NCBI GenBank assembly: GCA_963668695.2
Contig: CAXXLQ010000004.1
Location: forward strand, 3,072,001-3,136,000
Reading direction: 5' to 3'
Source of the DNA: Vicinamibacteria bacterium
Lineage (GTDB): Bacteria > Acidobacteriota > Vicinamibacteria > Marinacidobacterales > Marinacidobacteraceae
Length of the DNA: 64,000 nt
Of this stretch, positions 26,636-37,099 are shown piece by piece. Positions within the stretch are counted from its first letter, which is position 1; each line of letters begins with the position of its first letter. Under the pieces are notes generated by a model. That model had not been told where the DNA came from and searched no databases. It saw nothing but the letters and a program-made list of their open reading frames with translations. The translations under genes and the position numbers were made by a program.

Positions 26636-27580
26636 ATGCAGCAAACCCTCGCCCCTGCCCGGTACCAACAGCAGACGTCCTCTCCCCAATTCGGCCGGTC
26701 ACCTGCCTCCCGCAAACTTCCCAGTAAACCCCCAGACCCTCGGGGCTCCCACCCTGCCCTGTCGACCCCCCTGCCGACTCCCCTGTCGACCCCTGACTCA
26801 GGACTTCTGAAATGGGGGCTTGCCCGGCTTGCCGGCAGTCTGGTGGAAATCTCTGGAACGGCTGATTCGGGAGTCTTGTCCTCAGCGCTGGCGCTTGTTG
26901 CCGAGGCCCAGCATCATCAGGCCCGACACCACAAACAGTGTCACGGCCTGCATCCCGGTTCGCATCCGGATCCTGCTGCAGGTCCTGCTCTGGTCGCCTG
27001 GGTGGCGACAACCCACAGCCTCTTCTTCCCTCCGGACGCGTTGGAGTCCGGGATCGCTCTGGAGCGATTGGTTCTTCTTCGACTGGAAACACCGGCGGCG
27101 CAGATCCGCGCCGCTACCCGAATTGTCCACTCGGGAGCTTTTGGGCTGGTGATCGTGGACCTTGCCGATTCGGTTCAGCCGGAGAGGCCGGCCCGGAAGC
27201 CGATCCCGGAATCCATCGTGACATCCCCGCGACTTCAGAGCCCAAGAACCCAAAGATTGGAAACCCGGAATCTGATGTCCCGTCCGAACACCCCCCTCGG
27301 GGTTCCTCCCCTGTCACGGCTTGCCGGACTCGCGCACAAATACCGAACCGCTGTCGTTCTGCTGACCGACAAGCCGCCGGCCGCCCCATCGATCGACCCC
27401 CGGGTGGGGAAGCGTTTCGACGCGAGCCGCAGGGGTAACGACATCGTCATCACCGTTCTCAAGGACAAGGGAAGCCGAGGTTCTTTCTCTCCGGAATTTC
27501 CGCCGCTCCGCGACAGGGATCGCCTTTTCCCCGGATTCCGTTTCGAAAGGAAATGCCGTGAGCCGGCTGGCATGTGTTGA
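26636..27580 (+). CDS. imuA: ImuA-like inactive RecA-fold protein
   Basis: LAGSLVEISG with degenerate Walker A, FFPPD...GI.LERL and SGAFGLVIVD; located between lexA and imuB. Confidence 0.8.
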   Translation: MQQTLAPARYQQQTSSPQFGRSPASRKLPSKPPDPRGSHPALSTPLPTPLSTPDSGLLKWGLARLAGSLVEISGTADSGVLSSALALVAEAQHHQARHHKQCHGLHPGSHPDPAAGPALVAWVATTHSLFFPPDALESGIALERLVLLRLETPAAQIRAATRIVHSGAFGLVIVDLADSVQPERPARKPIPESIVTSPRLQSPRTQRLETRNLMSRPNTPLGVPPLSRLAGLAHKYRTAVVLLTDKPPAAPSIDPRVGKRFDASRRGNDIVITVLKDKGSRGSFSPEFPPLRDRDRLFPGFRFERKCREPAGMC

Positions 27581-29195
27581 CGTTCCGGCGCTGCCGCTAC
27601 AGATCTTGCTCCGGCGTCATCCCGAATGGCGGCAGGAACCGGTGGCGGTGGTCACCGAGGACAAAACGCAGGCGCGGGTTCGCTGGGCAAACCGCCGGGC
27701 AGTCACTCTCGGGGTGCGTCCGGGCATGCGGCAAGTGGCTGCAGTCGCCTGCTGTCCCGCGCTCCGGGTCGACCATGTCCGCTCTTCGGAAGTAGAACAG
27801 GAAGTCCGCCGACTGGCAGAGCGGCTCCATCGCTGGAGCCCTCAGGTCGAATCGGCTTCATCCCTTGGTCCGCAATTTGCCGGATTCGGTGCTGCCGGAA
27901 CTTTCTGGCTTCGGGCATCCGGCCTGGCCGGATTGTTTGGTCCGCTTTCAGATTGGACCGACGCACTCCACAAGGATCTCGTGGAAGACGGTTTTCATGT
28001 CTCGATCGCAGTGGGTTTCAACCGGTTCGGAACCTTTGCGGCGGCGCGGGCCATCTTCGGGCTGCAGATCTTTGAAAGTCCCACCGAGGAGAAAACCGCC
28101 GCCCTCAGGGCGCCGCTAGTTCGCTTCGGACTGTCGGAGAAGACCCTCGCCAGTCTGGAAAAACTCGGCATCTCATCTCTTCGAGACTTGCTGCGCTTGG
28201 CCGGGAATGGACTGTCCGGGAAAGGACTGGCGAGCCGCTTTGGGAAAGAAGTTCTGGAACTCCATCGTCTTTCATCCGGGGAGAATCCCACGCCCGTTTG
28301 CGACGTCTTCCGCCCGGAAACGCCGATCGAACAACGGATTTCCTTCGAGCCGCCCGAGGTCGGCATCGAACGGCTCATCTTCCACGCGAAGCGCCTCCTT
28401 GATCAGATCCTCGCCGATCTCGGCAAACAGGGGCTCGCGCTTGTCGAGCTCGCCTACGAAATGGAATGCGAGGACGCCCCGCCAATTTCCGGATCGGTCC
28501 GCCCCGCCCTTCCCACCGAAGACAGCGTGAAGCTTCTCTCCCTGCTCCGCCTGCGGCTCAGAACCATCTCCCCGGAAAACAGGGCAATCGCCAGGGGGCA
28601 GGCAGGTGAACCCGGAAGAAGGATCCTCGCCCTCGTTCTCCGTGCTCGCGGCGGCCTTTACGTCTCCGAACAGCCCGGCTTGTACCAAAGCCCCTTGTAC
28701 CAAAGCTCCGACAAGGCTCTTTCCCGGGGTCCGAAAAAGGCGTCGGAAGCGCTGGCCCAGGTTCAGGCCGAGTTTGGCGAGGACTCCCTGGTCCGATTGG
28801 AAACCCGGGATGCACATCTTCCCCGGGGGCGCTATCGCTGCCGGCCGGTCTCCCCGGAAAAGGCCGTCTCCTGCAGTTGCTCAAGCAAAAGCTTCCCGAA
28901 GGAATTTTTCGAGACCCGAGCGCCTCGCCTGATCCGCCGCATTTACGACCAGCCGCTCATCCTTCCCCATCGGGGTTCGGAGGAACCGGACGGCTGGCTG
29001 CTTCGGGGAATCGAACACGGTCCCGTTCAGAGTTACACCGGGCCCTATCGCATCTCCGGAGGCTGGTGGCGCCTCCTTTCGGGACGGCCGATCTCTCGCG
29101 ACTACTTTTTTGTCCGCCTGAAGCGCGGCGATGTCTGCTGGGTTTTCTTCGACCGGGAGCGACGCTCATGGTTCCTCGAAGGCCGCGTCGAATGA
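27558..29195 (+). CDS. imuB: ImuB, catalytically inactive Y-family polymerase-like protein
   Basis: GVRPGM, WSPQVE, QPGLY clamp-like motif, C-terminal GPYRISGGWW...RDYF...WFLEG. Confidence 0.9.
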   Translation: MSRLACVDVPALPLQILLRRHPEWRQEPVAVVTEDKTQARVRWANRRAVTLGVRPGMRQVAAVACCPALRVDHVRSSEVEQEVRRLAERLHRWSPQVESASSLGPQFAGFGAAGTFWLRASGLAGLFGPLSDWTDALHKDLVEDGFHVSIAVGFNRFGTFAAARAIFGLQIFESPTEEKTAALRAPLVRFGLSEKTLASLEKLGISSLRDLLRLAGNGLSGKGLASRFGKEVLELHRLSSGENPTPVCDVFRPETPIEQRISFEPPEVGIERLIFHAKRLLDQILADLGKQGLALVELAYEMECEDAPPISGSVRPALPTEDSVKLLSLLRLRLRTISPENRAIARGQAGEPGRRILALVLRARGGLYVSEQPGLYQSPLYQSSDKALSRGPKKASEALAQVQAEFGEDSLVRLETRDAHLPRGRYRCRPVSPEKAVSCSCSSKSFPKEFFETRAPRLIRRIYDQPLILPHRGSEEPDGWLLRGIEHGPVQSYTGPYRISGGWWRLLSGRPISRDYFFVRLKRGDVCWVFFDRERRSWFLEGRVE

Positions 29196-29229
29196 CACGT
29201 GGAAAGACAACGGATGGATAGCCCGGGCT

Positions 29230-32200
29230 TTGTACTTTCCTCTTTTCTGCAAGAGCAACGCTTCCTTCCTGGAAGGGGCGAGTCATCCTGAAGAACTGAT
29301 CGAGGAGGCCCACGCCCTCGGTCTTCCCGGGATTGCACTCACCGACCGGAACGGCCTGTACGGAGCCGTCAAGGCTCATGTCGCGGCACGGGAGCGGGGT
29401 ATCCGGTTGGTACTCGGCGCCGAAACATCGGTGGCGGCGGCCGCAACCGGAGGAGGCAGGCCAAGCGAACAGGGAAGCATCCTCCTGCTCGCCCGGAACC
29501 GGACCGGTTACCGGAATCTGTGCCGGCTCCTGACCCGGGGGCTGTTACGAGGCCCCGGCGCCGTCTCTGACAAAGACCCGAAGGGGAATTCCCTGGGCAT
29601 CCAATCCGGAACGGGCGGACCACCATCCCGTAAGGGAACCGCCGGCGTTTCCTGGGAAGAGATCGCTTCTCATGCCGAAGGGCTTCACGCACTCTGGGGA
29701 GGAGGCGTCTCCGCCCTCAAGCAGGAAACCCCTCCCGAGAAGCCGGCGCACCTGCTCCGGGAGGCTTTCGGGGAAAACATCCATGTCCTCATTACCCGGC
29801 ACCGGGCTGACAACGACGTTCCAGCAGAGGCCCTTCTTCGCCAGCGGGCGAAGCAGTACCGGATCCCGATAGCCGCCGCTACCGAGGTGCTCTACCACCG
29901 TCCGGGACGCCGGGAACTGCAGGATGTGCTCACGGCCATCCGTCACGGCGTGCCACTTCAGGGTGCCGGACGGCGTCTTCGTCCGAACGCGGAGCACTAC
30001 CTGCTTTCCCCTGCCCTATTCGCCGAACTCTTCGCCGACGATCCGGTCGCGGTCGCCCGAACCCTGGAAATCGCCGAGACCTGCCGCTTCTCGCTCGACG
30101 AACTCCGTTACCGATACCCCGCCGAGGATCTTCCCGGGGGCATGAATTCTTCAGCGCGACTCCGGGAACTGACGTTCGCAGGCGCAGCCGAGCGTTATCC
30201 CAGCGGCATTCCACCGGCGGTCAGACAGCAACTGGAAAAGGAACTGGCGCTGATCCGTGAGCTCGACTACGGCGGTTACTTCCTCACCATGGTCGAGATC
30301 GTGCGGTTTTGTCGTGAGCAGGAAATCCTCTGCCAGGGACGGGGCTCGGCAGCAAACTCGGCCGTCTGCTACTGCCTCGGCATCACTGCGGTGGACCCGG
30401 TGCGAATGGGACTTCTATTTGAGCGATTCCTGTCCCGCGAGCGCGCCGAGCCACCCGATATTGACCTGGACATCATGCATTCGCGGCGGGAAGAGGTCAT
30501 CCAGTTCCTGTACCGCAAGTACGGTGAGGGACGCGCCGCCATGGTGGCCAACACCGTCTGTTATCGGACCCGGTCGGCAATCCGGGAGGTGGGCAAGGCG
30601 CTCGGATTTTCCGAGCGATCCGTGGATCGCCTGGCCCGCGCTTTTTCTCATCACGAACCACTCTCGAGTGACCGGTTGTCCGCTGCCGGCTGGTCTTCGG
30701 AGGGACCAGCAGCCCACCATCTCCTCCGTCTCGCAAACGAGATCCAGGGGTTTCCGCGACACCTCTCGATTCATCCCGGCGGATTCCTTCTCGGAGAGGA
30801 GCCGGTCTCTCACATCGTGCCCGTCGAAAACGCCGCGATGGAGGGAAGAACGGTCATCCAGTGGAACAAGGACGACATCGAGGAACTGGGCCTTTTCAAG
30901 GTGGATCTGCTGGGACTCGGAGCCCTGACCCAACTGGATCTCTGTTTCCGGATGCTCCGGAACTCACGGGGGCTCGATATCTCCATGGCCAGCATCCCCG
31001 CCGGCGATCCGGAAACTTTCGCGATGATCCGGAATGCCGCAACCATCGGTGTTTTCCAGATCGAAAGCCGGGCCCAAATGGCCATGCTGCCGCGACTTCA
31101 GCCCCGGAACTACTACGACCTGGTGATTGAAGTGAGCATCGTTCGGCCCGGGCCCATCGCCGGAGGAATGGTGCATCCCTACCTCCGCCGCCGCCGGGGG
31201 GAAGAAGCGGTGGAATACCCTCACCCGTCCCTCCGGCCCGTTCTGGAAAAGACCCTTGGGGTACCGTTGTTTCAGGAACAGGTGATGCGGCTCGCGGTGG
31301 TCGCCGCCGACTACACCGCCGGCGAGGCCGATCAACTCCGCCGCGATATGGCTGCCTGGCGGCGCACTGGCCGGATGGAACGGCATCGGAGCCGCCTGCT
31401 TTCCCGGATGTGCGCCAAGGGGATCGCTCCCGAGTTCGCGAAACGCGTTTTCGAGCAGATTCAGGGATTTGGCGAGTACGGCTTTCCCGAAAGCCACGCC
31501 GCCAGTTTCGCTCTCATCAGCTATGCCGGCGCTTTCCTGCTCCGTCACTACCCGGCGGAGTTCGCATGTGCGCTGCTGAATGCGCAGCCGATGGGTTTTT
31601 ATGCTCCGGCAACAATCATCGAGGACGCCAAACGACGGGGAGTGCGCTTTCTTCCGGTGGATGTGACTGCGAGTAGCTGGGACTGTTCGCTGGTTACTGG
31701 CTCCACATCCTCCAGAGAAGCCGGGAAACCGGATGTCCGCATCGGCCTCCGCTACGTGAAGGGGCTCGGGTCCGTCGATGGAGAGAAGATCGTGGCGGCT
31801 CGCCGGGAGTCGCCCTTCTCTTCCATCGCCGCCTTGGCCCGCCGTACCGGTCTTGGGAAAAAGGTGATGGTTGCGCTTGCCGAGGCGGATGCACTCCAGA
31901 ACCTCGGGCCGAAAAACCGACGCGATGCGCTTTGGCAGGCGCTTGCGGCGACACCGGAAGACCCGCCCCTCCTGCGGGAAACCGTTCCCGACTTTGCCTC
32001 GCTGGACACTTTCGAATCCATCGTCTGGGACCACCGGACAACGGGCAGCAGCACCAGAGGGCATCCCCTGCTGCCGCTACGAAGCCAGCTGACCGCCGCC
32101 GGACTGCCCACGGCCCTCGGGGTAACGAAGCTTCGAAACGGGACGCGAGCGCGTTACGCGGGGATTGTGATCTGCCGCCAACGGCCGGGAACCGCTTCCG

Positions 32201-32430
32201 GGGTGGTGTTCATGACCCTGGAAGACGAAACCGGATTCGTGAATCTCGTCCTCTGGCCGGACGTCTTCGAAGAGCATCGCCACCTGGCTCAGACCCTGTC
32301 GTTCCTCGGAGCCGCCGGCCGGATTCAGGCGGAACAGGGCGTCACCCACATCGTGGTGGACCAACTCTTCCGGCCTCGGATTTCAAGGATGCCGGAACCA
32401 CCGGAGGTTCCGAGCCGCGATTTCCATTGA
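29230..32430 (+). CDS. dnaE2: Error-prone DNA polymerase DnaE2 (ImuC)
   Basis: SNASFLEGASHPEEL, CQGRGSAANS, EPPDIDLD, GFPRHLSIHPGG, YGFPESHAASF and C-terminal SRDFH; start tentatively TTG 29230. Confidence 0.96.
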   Translation: MYFPLFCKSNASFLEGASHPEELIEEAHALGLPGIALTDRNGLYGAVKAHVAARERGIRLVLGAETSVAAAATGGGRPSEQGSILLLARNRTGYRNLCRLLTRGLLRGPGAVSDKDPKGNSLGIQSGTGGPPSRKGTAGVSWEEIASHAEGLHALWGGGVSALKQETPPEKPAHLLREAFGENIHVLITRHRADNDVPAEALLRQRAKQYRIPIAAATEVLYHRPGRRELQDVLTAIRHGVPLQGAGRRLRPNAEHYLLSPALFAELFADDPVAVARTLEIAETCRFSLDELRYRYPAEDLPGGMNSSARLRELTFAGAAERYPSGIPPAVRQQLEKELALIRELDYGGYFLTMVEIVRFCREQEILCQGRGSAANSAVCYCLGITAVDPVRMGLLFERFLSRERAEPPDIDLDIMHSRREEVIQFLYRKYGEGRAAMVANTVCYRTRSAIREVGKALGFSERSVDRLARAFSHHEPLSSDRLSAAGWSSEGPAAHHLLRLANEIQGFPRHLSIHPGGFLLGEEPVSHIVPVENAAMEGRTVIQWNKDDIEELGLFKVDLLGLGALTQLDLCFRMLRNSRGLDISMASIPAGDPETFAMIRNAATIGVFQIESRAQMAMLPRLQPRNYYDLVIEVSIVRPGPIAGGMVHPYLRRRRGEEAVEYPHPSLRPVLEKTLGVPLFQEQVMRLAVVAADYTAGEADQLRRDMAAWRRTGRMERHRSRLLSRMCAKGIAPEFAKRVFEQIQGFGEYGFPESHAASFALISYAGAFLLRHYPAEFACALLNAQPMGFYAPATIIEDAKRRGVRFLPVDVTASSWDCSLVTGSTSSREAGKPDVRIGLRYVKGLGSVDGEKIVAARRESPFSSIAALARRTGLGKKVMVALAEADALQNLGPKNRRDALWQALAATPEDPPLLRETVPDFASLDTFESIVWDHRTTGSSTRGHPLLPLRSQLTAAGLPTALGVTKLRNGTRARYAGIVICRQRPGTASGVVFMTLEDETGFVNLVLWPDVFEEHRHLAQTLSFLGAAGRIQAEQGVTHIVVDQLFRPRISRMPEPPEVPSRDFH

Positions 32431-32462
32431 ACCGGAGAGGTTTTGCAAGGAGACGCTGCTAG

Positions 32463-32987
32463 CAGCCGGTGGTGGAACCCGGGTGAGCGCCGCCGGCCAG
32501 TTCTCCCGGTGGGGGCGAGGCCCAGTTCTCCCGGTGGGGCCAGTCCTCCCGGTGGGGGCCCGGCTGACAAGGCGCGTGAGGGAGGAGCCCCCACCGGGAG
32601 AACTGGCCCGGGTGTATTCCGACTGAAACGCAACGATGAGCGGCGCGAAGCGACGCGGGAACAGCCGGTGGTGGAACCCGGGTGAGCGCCGAGGCCGGCC
32701 CCCCCGGGAGGAACTGCCAGCGGCTGACGTGAGGGAGGAGCCCCCACCGGGAGAACTGGGCCGTTCTCCGACGTGGGTTTCATCACCGGTTGTTTGGCCG
32801 GGATGGATCGCCGGCCGAACGCCGCCTGGGTTTCATCACCGGTTGTTTGGCCGGGATGGATCGCGGGCCGAGCCCCCACCGGGAGAACTGGGCCGCGCGG
32901 GTTCCATTACAGGCTGTTTGGCCGGGATGGATCGCCGGGCGAGCCCCCACCGGGAGAACTGGGCCGCCTGGGTTTCACCACCGGCTG
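32463..32987. mobile_element. Expanded composite MITE family A copy
   Basis: TIR CAGCCGGTGGTGGAACCC / GGGTTTCACCACCGGCTG; CTAG duplicated at 32459-32462 and 32988-32991; internal module duplications. Confidence 0.82.
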
Positions 32988-34754
32988 CTAGTCCCCGGCT
33001 TCGCTCCCCTCCCGGACCGCCCGGAGCACCCGGGCCCGGACCCGGCGCGAAGTCGTCAGCCGGACGCTCTGTTGAGCTATTTCCTCAGCCCTCCGAGTGT
33101 CCTGAATGGCGATCAGGCGCTTCATTTCGGGAATCGCGTTCGGGCTCATCGAGAACGTCCGCACTCCAAAGCCAAGCAGCAGGGGAATCATGAGCGGCTC
33201 GGCGGCCACCTCGCCGCAGACAGCGAGCGGCAGGCCACTGCGACGGCAGACCCGGGTTACGAAGCGGACAGTGCGCAGGAGCGCCGGATGGAACGGGTCG
33301 CTGAAGTGCGCTACCCGTTCGTTCGCCCGGTCCACGCCAAACAGATACTGCATCAGGTCGTTCGTTCCGATGCTGAGGAATTCCGCCTCCTGCCCCAGCA
33401 GATCCGCGGTCGCTGCCGCCGAGGGCACTTCCAGCATGGCTCCCACCGGCACTTCGCGGAACGGAACATCCCGGTGGCGGAGCGCCCGGATCGCCGCCCG
33501 GACATGGGTCTTCGCGGCCCTGAATTCCTCGAGTCCGCCCACCATCGGGAACATCAACTGGACCTTTCCGTGGACGGCGGCACGCAGTACGGCCCGGATC
33601 TGAGTCTCGAAGATCCCCGACGCCAGCACGAGCAGCCGGATACCGCGCAAGCCGAGCGCCGGATTGAGTTCAGGGGCGCGACCGATGTCCGTCGCGCTCA
33701 GATCGAAGGCCCGGATCACCAAAGGATGCGGATCGAGAGCCTCGGCGAGATCCCGGTAGATGCGGAACTGTTCCTCCTCGGACGGGATCTCCTGGACCGC
33801 GATCCGTTCGGTGCGGAAGAGGCCGACTCCCTCGGCGCCATTGCGGCGGACGAGCTCGATCTCCCCCGGTTCGTCCATATTCGCCATCAGGACGACGCGC
33901 TCGCCGTTTGCGGTTCGGGCCAGGTCCGCGGTGGCGGCCAGCAGACGACGGCGGCGCTCACGCTCCCTCCCCCGCTTCTTCCGGTATTCGACAACGGTTT
34001 CCGGCGCGGGATTCACCACCACGAGGCCCTCAAAACCGTCGACGACGACCGGCAGGTCGGTGTGAAGGTGGTCGAGAAGTCCGGGTATCCCGGTGACGCA
34101 CGGAACATCGTGTGTCCTTGCCAGGATGGCCGTGTGGTACGTCGGCCCACCTGCCTCCATGACGACGCCCAGGATCTTGCTCCAGTCCAGTTCTGCGGTA
34201 TCCGACGGGCGAAGGTCGTCGGCTGCGACTACGTGCCGGCGTTCCCAGCGCTCCAAGCCGGGCCTCGTGGCCCCACCAAGGTTTTGGAGCACCCGCCCGC
34301 CTACATCCGCGATGTCTCCCTTCCGCTGACGCAGGTACTCGTCGGCCAGCCCGTCGAACACCGCCTCGAGCTCTCTCAGCACGGTGCGCACCGCCCATTC
34401 CGCATTCACCCGCTCTGACCGGATCACCTCCTCCACCCGTCCGACCAGCAGCGGATCGGCGAGCATCAGGCGCTGCGCTTCAAAAAGATACGCCGGGTCC
34501 TGCCCCAGGGCCCGACGGGTGGATTCGCGGATTTCGCGGAGCTGCTCCGCCGCGCGATCACGGGCCTTTCGGAAGCGGCGGATCTCGCGGCCGATCTCCC
34601 TTTGGCTGATTTCCACCCGGAACACCGGAACGGCCCGTCGCTCGAACACGATCGTCGGCGCTACGCAAATGCCGGGCGCGGCGGGTTCCCCGCGCAGTAC
34701 GGTCTCTCCCGCACGTGTCCGCACGGAATCGGTTCGGGACGCGGGCACCATCAT
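32988..34754 (-). CDS. ptsI: PTS enzyme I
   Basis: GGPTYHTAILAR phospho-His, GVGLFRTE, NPALGLRGIR, SIGTNDL.QY and CGE motifs. Confidence 0.93.
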   Translation of the reverse strand: MMVPASRTDSVRTRAGETVLRGEPAAPGICVAPTIVFERRAVPVFRVEISQREIGREIRRFRKARDRAAEQLREIRESTRRALGQDPAYLFEAQRLMLADPLLVGRVEEVIRSERVNAEWAVRTVLRELEAVFDGLADEYLRQRKGDIADVGGRVLQNLGGATRPGLERWERRHVVAADDLRPSDTAELDWSKILGVVMEAGGPTYHTAILARTHDVPCVTGIPGLLDHLHTDLPVVVDGFEGLVVVNPAPETVVEYRKKRGRERERRRRLLAATADLARTANGERVVLMANMDEPGEIELVRRNGAEGVGLFRTERIAVQEIPSEEEQFRIYRDLAEALDPHPLVIRAFDLSATDIGRAPELNPALGLRGIRLLVLASGIFETQIRAVLRAAVHGKVQLMFPMVGGLEEFRAAKTHVRAAIRALRHRDVPFREVPVGAMLEVPSAAATADLLGQEAEFLSIGTNDLMQYLFGVDRANERVAHFSDPFHPALLRTVRFVTRVCRRSGLPLAVCGEVAAEPLMIPLLLGFGVRTFSMSPNAIPEMKRLIAIQDTRRAEEIAQQSVRLTTSRRVRARVLRAVREGSEAGD

Positions 34755-35059
34755 GGCGCATCACCAAGCCGGGGCCCGTCCGATTCAGGGTGCGGAGGAT
34801 CCCCGATTCCGCCCCTGACCAGTCGCGTCAAGGCTTCGAGCGCCGCCATTGCTTCACGCCCGGAAGTGTGAATCCGCAGCCGGCGCCCCTTCCCGGCAGC
34901 AAGAAACAGGAGACCCAGGATGCTCTTCCCATCGATGGTGGTCTCGCCCCGGGTTACTGTCACCACGGCGTCGTAGCGCGTCGCCGTCTTCACAAAGCGG
35001 GCCGCCGCGCGCGCGTGCATGCCTAGCGGGTTCGTGACCAGGACCACCCGCTCCGGCAC
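34751..35059 (-). CDS. ptsH: Phosphocarrier protein HPr
   Basis: NPLGMHARAA (His15) and DGKSILGLL (Ser46). Confidence 0.93.
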   Translation of the reverse strand: MPERVVLVTNPLGMHARAAARFVKTATRYDAVVTVTRGETTIDGKSILGLLFLAAGKGRRLRIHTSGREAMAALEALTRLVRGGIGDPPHPESDGPRLGDAP

Positions 35060-35086
35060 GGTCCCTCCCCGACGATTCCCCCGGAA

Positions 35087-35578
35087 TCAGTCCTGGGTCG
35101 AGCCGGGCTGATCCTGCGGATCCGCTTCGGCCGCTTCCTCTGATTCTTCGCGCGCCGGCGCGGGGCCGAGTCCGCCGCCGAGCAATTCGGAAGCGAGGTA
35201 GATGTTCTCCTTGCCCTGATAGAGAGCCGCCCGCGCCGCCTCCGCCGGACCCACCTGTTCTTCCTCACGGATCGAAACGAGGCGAATGAGCATGGGAAGG
35301 TTCACCCCCGTCACCACTTCCACCCGGCCTTCCTCAAGTAGGCTGAGTGCCAGATTGGAAGGCGTCCCCCCGAACATGTCCGTCAGGATTACCGACCCAT
35401 CACCCCCGGAAACCCGGCCGACTGCGGTCACGATGGCCCGCTGCGCATCCTCCGGGGAATCGTGCCAACCGATGGAAACGCTGGTGGCGTTCGGAATGTC
35501 CTCCCCCGTAATCATCTCCGCAGCGGCTACCAGCTCGCGCGACAGCTGGCCGTGCGTAACCACGACAATCCCAATCAT
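35087..35578 (-). CDS. PTS EIIA component, mannose/fructose type
   Basis: IVVVTHG, ILTDMFGGTPSN and TGVNLPML motifs. Confidence 0.93.
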   Translation of the reverse strand: MIGIVVVTHGQLSRELVAAAEMITGEDIPNATSVSIGWHDSPEDAQRAIVTAVGRVSGGDGSVILTDMFGGTPSNLALSLLEEGRVEVVTGVNLPMLIRLVSIREEEQVGPAEAARAALYQGKENIYLASELLGGGLGPAPAREESEEAAEADPQDQPGSTQD

Positions 35579-35611
35579 CGGAAGCGAGTATCCGGGAGCC
35601 GCCGCGCCTGG

Positions 35612-37099
35612 TCAACTCCCGGAAGACGCGGGTGGCCGGTTGCGGTAGCGGGCCCGTCGCTCGTTGGAAGACGGAATGCGAAGCGATTTCCGATACTTGG
35701 CCACCGTCCGGCGCGCGATCATGATGCCTTCCCGGTCGAGAAGCTGCACGATCTGATCATCGGCCAACGGGTACTGCGGATCCTCGCGTTCCACGATCTT
35801 CCGGACCCGCGCCCGGACAGCCTCCGAAGACACCTGACGCCCATCCCGCAGCGACAGCGCGCTGTGAAAGAACCGGCGGAAAGCGATGACGCCGCGAGGT
35901 GTTTCCAAGTACTTGTTGCTGACGACCCGCGAGACGGTGGATTCCGCACGCCCGATGTCCTGCGCTACATCATTCAGGACCAGCGGACGGATGTGGGCAA
36001 TCCCGCGATTCAGAAAACCGGACTGTTTGCGCACGATGTCTTCAGCGACGAGGCGAACGGTTTCCCGGCGCTGCTGAACCGACCGCTGGAATCCCTTCGC
36101 GCGGACCCATGCATCCCGCGCGAACGCCCGTTCCTCGGGCGTGTGCCGGTTGGGAGTCCTGATCACCTCCCGGTACGCCCGGCTGGTGCGAAGCCTCGGG
36201 ATCCCATCGCTCATCTCGACGCGCCATTCCCCATTGAAGAGGTAGGCTCGGGCATCCGGCACCACAATCTGGGCGAGACCCGGTGAAAACCGGCTCCCCG
36301 GGCGAAAGTCCAGCGCCCCGATCCGACGGACCCAGCGCATTACGACGGTCACCTCGGTGGACATCGCACGAGCCAGCTCCCTGAACCGCTCGCGGATTAC
36401 GAGATCCAGGTGCTCCCGCACGATTGTCGCCAGTGGACCCGCGGCCTGGTTCGCCGCTTCCAACTGGACGAGCAAACACTCGGCAAGGTTCAGGCAGGCC
36501 ACGCCGGTCGGGTCGAAACGCAGAATCCGCCTCCTTACCGACTCCACGTCTTCTTCCGTCACCCCGACCGAGGCTGCAATCTCGGCTACGGAGCCGTCCA
36601 GGTACCCGCGTTCGTCCAGATTACCAATGATCTGCAGGCCTATCGTTCGCTCGAGTTCCGTATCGACGGACAGACCGAGTTGCTCGATGAGATGCTGGGC
36701 CAGCGTACGCCCCGCCGCGAGCGTTCGCTCGAGGGCGGGGGGCTCCGCTCCAAGAGCCAGCCCTCCGGTGTTCTCCTGATTCTCGAAAAAGAAATCCTCC
36801 GGCTCGATTTCCGTCATCGGATCGCGCTCGTCGTCCGACCCACTGTCGTCACTTTCGCTCCCCTCCGACTCCTCCGGCGCGGCCTCGCTGGATTCGGAGT
36901 CTTCTTCCTCTTCTTCCGTCACCTCTTCGAGCGCCGGATTCTGGAGCAGTTCCTGCTGGACCCGGACCCGCAGTTCGGTGAGGGGCAGCACAAGCATCTC
37001 GATCGTCTGCCGCACCTGCGGCGTCAACGTCAGCCGCTGCTGCTGGCGAACGCCGACCCGAAGCTCCGTTCTGGGTCCGGACCTCGGGCTCACTGCCAC
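35612..37099 (-). CDS. rpoN: RNA polymerase sigma-54 factor
   Basis: Gln/Leu-rich region I, NPALE, ESTVSRV...KY and RpoN box ARRTVAKYR. Confidence 0.96.
   Translation of the reverse strand: MAVSPRSGPRTELRVGVRQQQRLTLTPQVRQTIEMLVLPLTELRVRVQQELLQNPALEEVTEEEEEDSESSEAAPEESEGSESDDSGSDDERDPMTEIEPEDFFFENQENTGGLALGAEPPALERTLAAGRTLAQHLIEQLGLSVDTELERTIGLQIIGNLDERGYLDGSVAEIAASVGVTEEDVESVRRRILRFDPTGVACLNLAECLLVQLEAANQAAGPLATIVREHLDLVIRERFRELARAMSTEVTVVMRWVRRIGALDFRPGSRFSPGLAQIVVPDARAYLFNGEWRVEMSDGIPRLRTSRAYREVIRTPNRHTPEERAFARDAWVRAKGFQRSVQQRRETVRLVAEDIVRKQSGFLNRGIAHIRPLVLNDVAQDIGRAESTVSRVVSNKYLETPRGVIAFRRFFHSALSLRDGRQVSSEAVRARVRKIVEREDPQYPLADDQIVQLLDREGIMIARRTVAKYRKSLRIPSSNERRARYRNRPPASSGS

Noticed and set aside
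29192-29232. Frameshifted dnaE2 start (ATG 29192 overlapping the imuB stop, in another frame)
   Set aside because: That frame stops after 9 codons; in-frame TTG 29230 precedes the first conserved motif, so no frameshift is needed, though it cannot be fully excluded
32790-34418. Long antisense or alternate-frame ORFs (e.g. 32790-34418, 43280-44920, 59482-61242, 3793-4977)
   Set aside because: Shadow ORFs expected in high-GC DNA, overlapping well-supported genes and lacking family motifs
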